Of a stretch of DNA of 64,000 bases, positions 47,474 through 56,091 are shown one piece after another; the first letter of the stretch is position 1, and each line of letters starts with the position of its first letter. Made by a program: the position numbers and the translations under genes. This stretch comes from an uncultured Prevotella sp. (GTDB taxonomy: Bacteria; Bacteroidota; Bacteroidia; Bacteroidales; Bacteroidaceae): assembly GCA_964433895.1 (NCBI GenBank), contig CAYSSU010000002.1, positions 47,822 to 111,821 of the forward strand, written 5' to 3'. The notes beneath the pieces were generated by a model that saw nothing but the letters and a program-made list of their open reading frames with translations, was not told the DNA's origin and searched no databases.

Positions 47474-47515
47474 AAGCTAATCTCCATAAATAATAGTAGC
47501 AATGGGGATTAGCTT
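47474..47515 (-). promoter_or_regulatory. Leader hairpin abutting the corA start codon
   Basis: Arms AAGCTAATCCCC / GGAGATTAGCTT pair at 11 of 12 positions with an 18-nt loop. The hairpin ends 3 nt before ATG 47470 on the minus strand. Confidence 0.5.
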
Positions 47516-47600
47516 TTATGCTAAATCCTCACGCTGTTATAATTTAATGTGTCCGCGTGATAATCGTCCATATCTTTTTGATAAATTTGATTTAACGGTG

Positions 47601-47608
47601 CAAAGGTA
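47601..47608 (-). promoter_or_regulatory. -7 promoter box TACCTTTG for corA (leader of about 120 nt)
   Basis: Lies 130 nt upstream of ATG 47470 on the minus strand. Confidence 0.5.
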
Positions 47609-47744
47609 AAAAAATAAATTGAAAGTGAAGACAAAAATTGTCTTTTTTATGTTTTAAAATTTAAGTGTGCTGAATATTGTGTCGTGTGTGCGTTAACTCC
47701 GTAAATATATAATGTGGCTGGAGCCTGAGGCTGTATATAGTAAA

Positions 47745-47777
47745 AGCCGGCAGAATGCTTGCGCATGGCTGCCGGCT
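47745..47777 (-). terminator. Intrinsic terminator downstream of pepD
   Basis: AGCCGGCAG / CTGCCGGCT 9-bp stem flanked by A/T runs, 22 nt after the stop at 47800. Confidence 0.65.
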
Positions 47778-47799
47778 TTTATTAGTACCTTTATAGATG

Positions 47800-49245
47800 T
47801 TAGATTTCTTCCAAAGTTTGTTTTAGTAGATTCCAGAATGGAGCTATCGTAGATATTTCGCAACGCTCGCTTGTTGTATGAGGTGAACGGAGAGTTGGTC
47901 CCATACTCACAACGTCAAGATTTGGATATTTGCCGAGTATAACTGAACACTCTAAACCAGCATGGTCCACCTGTACTATAGCATCCTTGCCGGTCTGTTC
48001 TTTATAGATTTTCTTGAGCAGAGCCAGAATGTTACTTTGTGGATTAGGGTCCCAACCGCCATAGCTGCCACTGAACTCAGTTTTCATACCAGCCATACTG
48101 AAGCAACTTTCTAGAGTGGTGGCTACATATTCTTTCATATCTTCGCGTGAAGAGCGTGCCAGAATTTGGATGGCTGCTTTGCCGTCTGCTATGTCGATGA
48201 TAGCTAGATTACTTGATGTCTCTACTACTGAAGGATAAGCCGGTATCATGCGCACTACACCGTTTTGACAAGCATAAATGGCATCCACCAGGTTGTCTTG
48301 AATTTCTTCTGGTATTATAGTCTTAGGGGCAGCAGCTTCTTCTGTGAAGAATTCCACATCACTTTCGATGCCTTTGAATTCATCAATTATTGTATTCTTA
48401 CAGTCGGCTACAAGATTATTTACAGCTTCAATCTGATCTGTTGGCAAAGACAATACAACTTCAGCCTTGAAAGGAATAGCATTGCGCATGTTGCCACCAT
48501 GCCAACTGGCAAGGCGTGCTCCGTTTTGAGCAATGGCTTTGCGTACAAAACGAACCATTTCTTTATTGGCATTTGCACGTCCTTCGTTGATTTCCAGTCC
48601 AGAGTGACCGCCTTTTAACCCTTTCAGAGTTATTTTCAATGCTGATTTAAGGGTGTTTTCTGTTTCTTTATATTCAAGTGTAGCAGTGATGTCCAGACCA
48701 CCGGCAGAACCTACTACGAATTTGCCCCATGTCTCAGAGTCTAGATTTAACAGAACGTCACCATTCAGTTCATTTTCTGGTAAAGCATTGGCACCGAACA
48801 TTCCGGTTTCTTCGTCAGCTGTGATGAGTGCTTCTACAGGACCGTGTTTAATGTCTTTTGCCTCCATAATGGCCATTATGGCAGCTACGCCCATACCGTC
48901 ATCACTGCCAAGAGTGGTGCCTTTGGCATGTACCCATCCGTCTTCGATGTAAGTTTCAATAGGGTCGGTTTCAAAGTTATGTGTACTTTCAGGTGTTTTC
49001 TGTGGAACCATGTCCATGTGAGCCTGCAGCAATACAGTCTTCTTGTTCTCCATACCGGCAGTGGCAGGTTTACGCATAATGATGTTATTGCCAGCATCCT
49101 TGAAAGCCTCTACACCAACATTTTTGGCGAAGTCTAGTAGAAACTGTTGTATTTTTTCCAGATGTCCTGATGGACGTGGAATCTGTGTCAATGCATCAAA
49201 GTTACGCCAGATACATTCCGGTTGTAAATTCTTAATTTCTTCCAT
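47800..49245 (-). CDS. pepD: Aminoacyl-histidine dipeptidase (Xaa-His dipeptidase, M20 family)
   Basis: 481 aa. LQAHMDMVPQK, GTTLGSDDGMGVA, ITADEETGM metal-ligand motifs. Confidence 0.92.
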   Translation of the reverse strand: MEEIKNLQPECIWRNFDALTQIPRPSGHLEKIQQFLLDFAKNVGVEAFKDAGNNIIMRKPATAGMENKKTVLLQAHMDMVPQKTPESTHNFETDPIETYIEDGWVHAKGTTLGSDDGMGVAAIMAIMEAKDIKHGPVEALITADEETGMFGANALPENELNGDVLLNLDSETWGKFVVGSAGGLDITATLEYKETENTLKSALKITLKGLKGGHSGLEINEGRANANKEMVRFVRKAIAQNGARLASWHGGNMRNAIPFKAEVVLSLPTDQIEAVNNLVADCKNTIIDEFKGIESDVEFFTEEAAAPKTIIPEEIQDNLVDAIYACQNGVVRMIPAYPSVVETSSNLAIIDIADGKAAIQILARSSREDMKEYVATTLESCFSMAGMKTEFSGSYGGWDPNPQSNILALLKKIYKEQTGKDAIVQVDHAGLECSVILGKYPNLDVVSMGPTLRSPHTTSERCEISTIAPFWNLLKQTLEEI

Positions 49246-49286
49246 TCTTTTAAAGATTTATTTTAATTCATAATGTTGATAATCGA

Positions 49287-50276
49287 CTATCTTGCTTTTA
49301 CAGGACGTGCAAATGAGAGGGCTAGCCATGCGTATATGCCGAGCAATATAACGAGCAAAGTCTGTATGCTGTGTACTATCAGTACGAAATAAAGAGCATC
49401 ACTTTCTGCTACACCATAGAGTATGAGCATTGTCTTTACTGCAAAATGCCATGGACCTGCACCATTTGGGGTTGGTACTATGACGGCAATGCTGCCCACG
49501 ATAAATGTTACCAAGGCGCACATCATACCAAGGTGGGATGTGGCATCGAAACAGAAAAATGTGAGATAGTAATGTAGAAAATAGCAACCCCAGATGGCAA
49601 GTGTATAGAAAATGAACAATGGCTTGTTGCTGACATTGCGTAATGACATTATGCCTTTCATTATACCTTGAAAAGTGTCTTTAACCTTATTATATATAGA
49701 TAGCTTGCGAAGCAGATAATATATCAGTATTATAGCGGCAATGCCACATACGGCAGTGACAAACCATCCTGTAAACGAAAATTTGTGGAATATGCTGTCT
49801 ATGCTGGTACCGGTCTTGTCGAAGAACGTAGTGAATACCCGGAATTGCATCATGAATGTTAGAATTGTTATGATGAGTACCAGTAGTGAGTCTATAGCAC
49901 GCTCAGTAACTACTGTGCCTAAGGCCTTTGGAAAAGATACACGGTCGTATCTGCTGAGTATGCCGCAGCGGGCAAATTCGCCTATGCGTGGAATTATAAG
50001 GCTCACGGCATAAGATATAAATATTGAATTTACTGATGTTGAAGAACGAGGATTTTCACCTATTGGCTTCAATGTCTGTTTCCACCTCCATCCGCGGAAT
50101 GCCTGTGCAAGAATGCCAAATGGAAAAGAAAGCAGCATCCATATCCAGTTCATTTTGTGCAACAGTACGTATTCAATACTGTTGAAGTCAAAGTCACGAT
50201 ACATCCAATATAGTATGGCACCACCCAGAATGAGTGATACCAGCACCTTAAAAATATCATTAACTTTTTTATTCAT
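49287..50276 (-). CDS. Lysylphosphatidylglycerol-synthase-TM-like (UPF0104, flippase-like) membrane protein
   Basis: About 329 aa with 8 TM-like segments. Start set at ATG 50276 (MNKKVNDIFKVLV...) because the longer ORF overlaps the -7 box at 50283-50290. Lies 41 nt upstream of pepD. Confidence 0.7.
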   Translation of the reverse strand: MNKKVNDIFKVLVSLILGGAILYWMYRDFDFNSIEYVLLHKMNWIWMLLSFPFGILAQAFRGWRWKQTLKPIGENPRSSTSVNSIFISYAVSLIIPRIGEFARCGILSRYDRVSFPKALGTVVTERAIDSLLVLIITILTFMMQFRVFTTFFDKTGTSIDSIFHKFSFTGWFVTAVCGIAAIILIYYLLRKLSIYNKVKDTFQGIMKGIMSLRNVSNKPLFIFYTLAIWGCYFLHYYLTFFCFDATSHLGMMCALVTFIVGSIAVIVPTPNGAGPWHFAVKTMLILYGVAESDALYFVLIVHSIQTLLVILLGIYAWLALSFARPVKAR

Positions 50277-50282
50277 ATTGTG

Positions 50283-50290
50283 CAAAGATA
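50283..50290 (-). promoter_or_regulatory. -7 promoter box TATCTTTG (near-leaderless)
   Basis: Lies 6 nt upstream of ATG 50276 on the minus strand. Confidence 0.4.
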
Positions 50291-50403
50291 CAAATTTAAT
50301 TTTTAATACACTTTGTGTTGGCATAAATTTTGACTTAAATCAATAAAATAAGAAGAAAATATGTTTTTCGGCATAATTGTTTGCGCACACAGTAAAAATA
50401 CTC

Positions 50404-50411
50404 TATCTTTG
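50404..50411 (+). promoter_or_regulatory. -7 promoter box TATCTTTG
   Basis: Lies 51 nt upstream of the small ORF ATG at 50463. Confidence 0.5.
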
Positions 50412-50462
50412 CACTCGATAAAAATAATTAAGGATAACAATAAAGAGAAAGGTAAAAAGATT

Positions 50463-50546
50463 ATGGTAACATTGATGATTTTAGCCGTAGTTGCAATCAT
50501 GATTGCGCAGGCAGTGAATTTGGGACATAAGATAAACTTGAAATAA
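50463..50546 (+). CDS. Putative 27-aa hydrophobic peptide (MVTLMILAVVAIMIAQAVNLGHKINLK)
   Basis: It is the only in-frame Met downstream of the predicted transcription start. It has its own -7 box and its own terminator. It has single-TM-helix composition with a basic tail. Confidence 0.35.
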   Translation: MVTLMILAVVAIMIAQAVNLGHKINLK

Positions 50547-50610
50547 TCAAGTGAATCTTATTCCTTTTTTGAAAAAGAATTATTATTAGATTAGATAGAT
50601 ATTTGGAAGT

Positions 50611-50648
50611 GGCATGTCGGGATTAAAATTCCTGCATGCCATTTTTTT
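50611..50648 (+). terminator. Intrinsic terminator
   Basis: GGCATG...CATGCC outer stem with an imperfect inner extension, followed by ATTTTTTTG. Confidence 0.6.
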
Positions 50649-50682
50649 GTTTTAAACATTTGCAATAAATGATGAAAAGTAT

Positions 50683-50690
50683 TACCTTTG
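50683..50690 (+). promoter_or_regulatory. -7 promoter box TACCTTTG
   Basis: Lies 41 nt upstream of ATG 50732. Confidence 0.55.
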
Positions 50691-50731
50691 CAAAATAAAG
50701 GTGAACAAGCCTATATCAAAAAGATAAATTG

Positions 50732-51538
50732 ATGAAATTAGTAAAACCAAAGAAAAATCTGGGACAGCACTTCCTGACGGATTTGAATATAGCGAAGCAG
50801 ATTGCTGACACCGTTGATGCGTGTCCCGATATACCTGTGTTGGAAATTGGTCCTGGCATGGGGGTACTTACACAGTATCTTGTTGAAAAACCTAGAGACG
50901 TTAAGGCTGTAGAAATTGACAAGGAATCAGTGATTTATCTGCATGAGAATTTTCCTAAGTTGCGTGACAATATAATAGGTGAAGATTTCCTCCGAATGAA
51001 TCTTGATGAGATTTTCGATGGTAAGCAGTTCGTGCTTACCGGTAATTACCCATACGACATATCTTCACAGATATTCTTTAAAATGCTTGATTATAAAAAT
51101 CTTATACCATGTTGCACGGGTATGATTCAGAGAGAAGTAGCTCAACGCATAGCTTCTGCGCCAGGCAATAAGGCATACGGAATACTGTCTGTGCTGATAC
51201 AGGCTTGGTATAATGTGGAATATCTGTTCACGGTAGACGAAAATGTTTTCAATCCACCTCCAAAGGTCAAAAGCGCGGTGATAAGAATGACACGCAATGA
51301 GACCACAGACTTGGGATGTGATGAAAAACTGTTCAAGCGTTTGGTTAAAACTGTGTTTAACCAGCGGCGTAAGATGCTGAGAGTTAGCATAAAGCAGATG
51401 TTCTGTAAAGACCACATGCCTGATGCCGAATTCTATATATCAGACATGATGACAAAACGTCCGGAACAGCTTAGTGTGGCACAGTTTGTGGAATTGACAA
51501 ATATAGTATCAGCAGAAATGAAACATCTTGGTTTATAA
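50732..51538 (+). CDS. rsmA: 16S rRNA (adenine1518/1519-N6)-dimethyltransferase RsmA/KsgA
   Basis: KKNLGQHFL, VLEIGPGMGVLT SAM motif, TGNYPYDISS. ATG 50732 is preferred over the adjacent TTG at 50729. Confidence 0.93.
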   Translation: MKLVKPKKNLGQHFLTDLNIAKQIADTVDACPDIPVLEIGPGMGVLTQYLVEKPRDVKAVEIDKESVIYLHENFPKLRDNIIGEDFLRMNLDEIFDGKQFVLTGNYPYDISSQIFFKMLDYKNLIPCCTGMIQREVAQRIASAPGNKAYGILSVLIQAWYNVEYLFTVDENVFNPPPKVKSAVIRMTRNETTDLGCDEKLFKRLVKTVFNQRRKMLRVSIKQMFCKDHMPDAEFYISDMMTKRPEQLSVAQFVELTNIVSAEMKHLGL

Positions 51539-51623
51539 AAGATGCAAATATTTTGCTTGAAATATAGGATATATAAAAAATAATATTTAAATTTGTACAT
51601 CAGAAATTTAATACATTAAAAAT

Positions 51624-52184
51624 ATGTTAGACGTAAAGAAAACATTAAGTGATGCCGGAGAGCGCATGGAGATGGCAGCTATGTATCTTGCAGACGAACT
51701 GTCTCATATACGTGCCGGTCGTGCCAATACAGCTATCTTGGATGGTATAAAGGTTGAAAGTTATGGAAGTGTTGTGCCTCTTAACCAGGTTGCGAATGTG
51801 TCAACTCCGGATGCGCGTACAATAGCAATACGCCCGTGGGACAAGAAGGCTATTAAAGACATTGAAAAGGCTATTATGGACAGTGGAGTGGGTATAACTC
51901 CTGAAAATAACGGTGAGGTGATTCGTCTTGGAATTCCGCAGCCTACAGAGGAACGCCGTAAGGAACTTGTTAAGCAATGCAATAAAATTGGTGAGAATAT
52001 TAAGGTTCAGGTTCGCAATGTACGTGCGGAGATAAAGGATAAATTGAAGAAAGCTATAAAAGATGGACTTTCTGAAGATAATGAAAAAGACGCAGAAAGC
52101 GAACTGCAGAAAGTGCATGACAGATATATCAAGAAGATAGACGAGTTGTTGGCTGAAAAGCAGAAAGAAATCATGACCGTTTAG
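51624..52184 (+). CDS. frr: Ribosome recycling factor
   Basis: 186 aa. [24 protein letters not shown]...[14 protein letters not shown]. Confidence 0.95.
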   Translation: MLDVKKTLSDAGERMEMAAMYLADELSHIRAGRANTAILDGIKVESYGSVVPLNQVANVSTPDARTIAIRPWDKKAIKDIEKAIMDSGVGITPENNGEVIRLGIPQPTEERRKELVKQCNKIGENIKVQVRNVRAEIKDKLKKAIKDGLSEDNEKDAESELQKVHDRYIKKIDELLAEKQKEIMTV

Positions 52185-52187
52185 TAA

Positions 52188-53120
52188 ATGCACGGATTAG
52201 TAATAAAGAATACCGGCAGTTGGTATACTGTAAAGACTGATGACGGTAAGATTATAGAAAGTAAGATAAAGGGCAATTTCCGATTGAAAGGCATACGCAG
52301 CACTAATCCTGTGGCTGTGGGTGACAATGTGGAAATTGTCACTAATCAGGAAGGTACGGCGTTTATCACGGAAATTGATGATCGCCGTAATTATATTATA
52401 CGTAAATCGCAGAATCTTAGTAAACAGAGCCATATATTGGCTGCAAATTTAGATCAGGCTTTTCTTATAGTTACGGTAAATTATCCGCAGACAAGTACCA
52501 CTTTTATTGATCGCTTCCTTGCTTCTGCTGAAGCTTACAGAGTGCCGGTAATATTGGTTTTCAACAAGCGTGATATACTCTCAGAAGAGGAACAGCATTA
52601 TCAACAAATGATGATGACTCTGTATAAGACTATTGGGTATGACTGTCGGAAAATCTCAGCTGTGAACGGTGAAGGTGTAGAGGAACTCTTACCGTTGCTG
52701 AAGAAAAAAATCACGTTACTTAGTGGCAATAGCGGAGTGGGTAAGTCTACATTGATAAATAGAATATTACCTGATGCTCAGCTAAGAACAGCAGAAATAA
52801 GCGATGCACACAATACCGGTATGCATACCACTACTTTCAGTGAAATGTTGGAATTACCGGAAGAAGGATATATCATAGATACTCCCGGAATAAAGGGATT
52901 TGGAACTTTTGACATAGAGCCAGAAGAACTGACCAGCTATTTCAGAGAAATATTTCAATTTTCACAGGATTGCAAGTTTTCTAACTGTACGCATACTCAT
53001 GAACCGGGATGTGCTGTAATAAAAGCAGTAGAAAATCATTATATTGCTGCAAGCAGATACCAAAGCTATTTGGGCATGTTGCAGGATAAAGACGAAAATA
53101 AATATCGCGAAGCCTATTAA
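52188..53120 (+). CDS. rsgA: Ribosome small-subunit-dependent GTPase A
   Basis: 310 aa. OB N-terminus, circularly permuted GTPase (FNKRD ... [10 protein letters not shown] ... DTPG), C-terminal zinc knuckle [14 protein letters not shown]. Lies 3 nt after frr. Confidence 0.93.
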   Translation: MHGLVIKNTGSWYTVKTDDGKIIESKIKGNFRLKGIRSTNPVAVGDNVEIVTNQEGTAFITEIDDRRNYIIRKSQNLSKQSHILAANLDQAFLIVTVNYPQTSTTFIDRFLASAEAYRVPVILVFNKRDILSEEEQHYQQMMMTLYKTIGYDCRKISAVNGEGVEELLPLLKKKITLLSGNSGVGKSTLINRILPDAQLRTAEISDAHNTGMHTTTFSEMLELPEEGYIIDTPGIKGFGTFDIEPEELTSYFREIFQFSQDCKFSNCTHTHEPGCAVIKAVENHYIAASRYQSYLGMLQDKDENKYREAY

Positions 53121-53142
53121 GTGCTACGCTGATTAATATTGG

Positions 53143-53197
53143 AAACTGAAGACTTGGAGTGCAACAATGTTGCTATATACTTGCAAGTCTTCAGTTT
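53143..53197. terminator. Bidirectional terminator between convergent rsgA and the epimerase gene
   Basis: 14-bp arms AAACTGAAGACTTG / CAAGTCTTCAGTTT with an inner GCAACA-ATG-TTGC hairpin. Confidence 0.7.
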
Positions 53198-53228
53198 TCA
53201 TTTTTCTACTATAAGGCTGAAGTTGGGT

Positions 53229-54095
53229 TTAGCGAATGCTTATAGTGTATTCGCTCATAAAGCTGGCTCCAGGCAGAAGTTTGTTCATCAGATATTTATC
53301 CTTGAATTCACCGTCGTAATCAGCCCAATCGTGGATGCCATACCACGGTTCAATGCAGATGAAAGGAGCATTCTTGCCAGTAGGGTTCCAAATGCCTACG
53401 GCAGGAGTCTTTATGTCGAGAGTAACGGCAGGTTTGTTGTTTTCGTCAAGAAGTTCTATATGTTTAAGTTGCTGATGGTCGAAGATTACCGCGTCATCTT
53501 TGAATGTATCCTCGTTGACATCCCAAATACCGTCGTTTGTTTCTACTTTGTGATAACCTGGAGTTATGCATCCACCTACATTGCCATATAGTCTGCTAGG
53601 CTCCTTGTCATCTAAACGCAAGCGTGCGTGCATAGGTTCACCTTTTTTGCAACCGGGAACCATGAAGGCCGGATGACCGCCAATCTGGAAATAGATAACC
53701 TTGTTGTCTGTGTTCTCCACGTGCCATACTACGTGTATTTTGTTGCCGTCGAGTCGATAGCTTATGGCAAGATTGAAATGATAAGGATAATCCTTCAAGG
53801 TATCCTTTGATTCGCTAAGACCATACACCACCTTGTTTTCACCCTGTGCAATGAGTTTGAAATCAGTGTCACGTGCAAAACCATGTCTTGCTAATTTGTA
53901 TTCATGACCATTGATACTATATGTATCTTTCCAAAGTCCACATACTATAGGAAATAGAATTGGAGAGTGACGGTTCCAGTATTTTTCGTCACCGTCCCAT
54001 AGATATTCATTGCCATTGGCATCCTTGATGCTCTGGAGCTCAGCTCCATGTTTTGAAATTACGACAGTCAGTTTGTCGTTCTTGATTTGTTCCAT
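53229..54095 (-). CDS. Aldose 1-epimerase family protein (mutarotase-like)
   Basis: 288 aa. FPIVCGL, HGFARD, GGHPAF, EPW motifs of the galactose mutarotase-like fold. Confidence 0.8.
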   Translation of the reverse strand: MEQIKNDKLTVVISKHGAELQSIKDANGNEYLWDGDEKYWNRHSPILFPIVCGLWKDTYSINGHEYKLARHGFARDTDFKLIAQGENKVVYGLSESKDTLKDYPYHFNLAISYRLDGNKIHVVWHVENTDNKVIYFQIGGHPAFMVPGCKKGEPMHARLRLDDKEPSRLYGNVGGCITPGYHKVETNDGIWDVNEDTFKDDAVIFDHQQLKHIELLDENNKPAVTLDIKTPAVGIWNPTGKNAPFICIEPWYGIHDWADYDGEFKDKYLMNKLLPGASFMSEYTISIR

Positions 54096-54126
54096 GTTGT
54101 TAATAGTTTAATAATGAATTTGGAGA

Positions 54127-54134
54127 CAAAGATA
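54127..54134 (-). promoter_or_regulatory. -7 promoter box TATCTTTG
   Basis: Lies 31 nt upstream of ATG 54095 on the minus strand. Confidence 0.55.
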
Positions 54135-54176
54135 CAAAAAAACATTTTTGAATCAACAATATCTTATCTTTTTTTG

Positions 54177-54184
54177 TAACTTTG
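54177..54184 (+). promoter_or_regulatory. -7 promoter box TAACTTTG
   Basis: Lies 26 nt upstream of ATG 54211 and inside the longer listed ORF. Confidence 0.55.
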
Positions 54185-54210
54185 CAGTCATAATACGGGA
54201 AAATCAAGAG

Positions 54211-55080
54211 ATGAACAAAAAGGTAAAGGGCTTTATAGCCGCTATCATAGCCGCTGTATGCTATGGCACAAATCCATTGGGAACGCTTCCATTATATGCA
54301 GACGGATATAATTCCGGTACAGTATTATTCTACAGATACGCTATAGCCGTGGTGATATTTGCAGTGGTGATGCTTATACGTCGGGAGAGTTTTGCGATAA
54401 AATACGGACATGCCATAAGATTTGCATTTCTCGGAGCATTCTTTGCAATGTCTTCATGTACACTATATCTGAGTTTTCATTATATGGCAGCCGGCATTGC
54501 ATCAACAATTCTGTTTGTCTATCCGATAATAACAGCAATATTGATGACGGTGTTCTTTCATGAGAAAGTGACGTGGACAACAACTCTTTCGATAGCATTT
54601 GCAATAGGCGGAGTGGCAATGCTTTATCGCGGAGACGGCAATGCCAGACTTGATGCTACGGGATTTTCGCTGGTGATAGTTTCTTCACTGTTATATGCAG
54701 TCTATATAGTGTCGGTGAACCAGTGGAATAATGATATGACACCTTTGAAGTTTACTTTTTGGATACTTGTGGCAGGACTATTCACAGTGCTGATATATTC
54801 ATGGGTTGCCGGAGATTCTCTGCAATTGCTTCATACACCTATGCAATGGCTGTGTGCAACTCAGTTGGCGGTGTTGCCTACGGTATTGTCGCTGTTCCTG
54901 ATGACTATAGGTATCAAACTGATAGGCAGTACCCCATCGGCAATAATGGGAGCTTTGGAACCTGTTACTGCAGTTGTGATAGGAGTGAGTATATTCGGAG
55001 AGAATTTCTCGTTTAGACTGGCATGTGGAATAATACTTATATTGGCAGGAGTGACACTGATAATATTAAGAAAAAAATAA
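54211..55080 (+). CDS. DMT superfamily (EamA-like) transporter
   Basis: 289 aa with 10 TM-like segments. Start set at ATG 54211 (MNKKVKGFIAAI...). Confidence 0.8.
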   Translation: MNKKVKGFIAAIIAAVCYGTNPLGTLPLYADGYNSGTVLFYRYAIAVVIFAVVMLIRRESFAIKYGHAIRFAFLGAFFAMSSCTLYLSFHYMAAGIASTILFVYPIITAILMTVFFHEKVTWTTTLSIAFAIGGVAMLYRGDGNARLDATGFSLVIVSSLLYAVYIVSVNQWNNDMTPLKFTFWILVAGLFTVLIYSWVAGDSLQLLHTPMQWLCATQLAVLPTVLSLFLMTIGIKLIGSTPSAIMGALEPVTAVVIGVSIFGENFSFRLACGIILILAGVTLIILRKK

Positions 55081-55083
55081 AAT

Positions 55084-55980
55084 ATGGAACTAAGACAATT
55101 ACGATACTTTGTAAAGGCTGCGGAACTTCATAACTTTTCTGAAGCCTCAAAGGCCATGTTTGTCACGCAGAGCACTCTGTCACAGCAGATAAAGCAGCTG
55201 GAAGAAGAACTTGGCGTACAGTTGTTCCGTCGTAATAGTCATGATGTTTCTCTTACTGAAGAAGGTATGCAGCTTCTTCCGTTTGCCAGGGAGACAATAA
55301 ATTCTGCCGATAATTGTGTGGAACAGATTAATGAACTTAAAAATCTCCTCACGGGTACATTATATATAGGTGTAACATATACCTTCAGTCCGTTGCTTAC
55401 AGAAACAATGCTTGAGTTCTCAAGAAAATACCCTAAGGTAAAATTGCATGTATTCTATAAAACTATGACAGAACTTATGGATATGCTGCAACATAGGGAA
55501 CTAGACTTTGTATTGGCATTCAAACCTACTGAAAATTATGCTAAGATAGAAAGTCAGACTCTATTTAAAAATCGGTTGTGCGTTGTTGTGAACGAAAATC
55601 ATCCACTTGCCAGGAAAAGTATTGTAACGTTGGAAGATTTGCAGCGGTATGATCTTGCTATGCCGGCACGTGGACTTCAGGTGCGCAATACATTTGATGA
55701 AGCTCTGGCTGTAAATGCCGATATACAGTTGAGGGTGCACATAGAACTTAATGATGTGAGTATCTTGCTAAAGATATTGCGTGACAGTAATTATGTTTCG
55801 GTGTTGGCAGAGGCTGCTATACATGATGAAGAAGGAATTGTGGGCATACCGCTAGCGATAGAAGGTGATGAGATGGAGGGATGTATGCATTTTCTTAAAA
55901 ATACATACGCAAAGAATGCCACCCGTGAATTCTGCAATATGCTGAGCGAGTCTATTGCCGTGAAGAAATTCTCTATTTAG
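55084..55980 (+). CDS. LysR family transcriptional regulator
   Basis: 298 aa. MELRQLRYFVKAAELHNFSEASKAMFVTQSTLSQQIKQLEEELG HTH plus a substrate-binding domain. Lies 3 nt after the EamA gene. Confidence 0.92.
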   Translation: MELRQLRYFVKAAELHNFSEASKAMFVTQSTLSQQIKQLEEELGVQLFRRNSHDVSLTEEGMQLLPFARETINSADNCVEQINELKNLLTGTLYIGVTYTFSPLLTETMLEFSRKYPKVKLHVFYKTMTELMDMLQHRELDFVLAFKPTENYAKIESQTLFKNRLCVVVNENHPLARKSIVTLEDLQRYDLAMPARGLQVRNTFDEALAVNADIQLRVHIELNDVSILLKILRDSNYVSVLAEAAIHDEEGIVGIPLAIEGDEMEGCMHFLKNTYAKNATREFCNMLSESIAVKKFSI

Positions 55981-56059
55981 AATAAGTGATATTAGAATTT
56001 CTAATATCACAAATCGGAATTATCATTCATAACAGTTTTTCCATTATTTTATTTCTTGC

Positions 56060-56067
56060 TAATTTTG
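56060..56067 (+). promoter_or_regulatory. -7 promoter box TAATTTTG
   Basis: Lies 24 nt upstream of ATG 56092. The context CTAATTTTGCAGTCG is identical to the fhs promoter at 59582-59596. Confidence 0.55.
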
Positions 56068-56091
56068 CAGTCGGAAATAAAAAAAACAGTT

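Noticed and set aside
47628-47648. A plus-strand terminator-like hairpin (AAGACAA-AAA-TTGTCTT followed by T6) with no plus-strand gene upstream.
   Set aside because: It has only a 7-bp AT-rich stem in an AT-rich intergenic region between the pepD terminator and the corA promoter. It could act as an extra insulator, but I cannot support it as a distinct feature.
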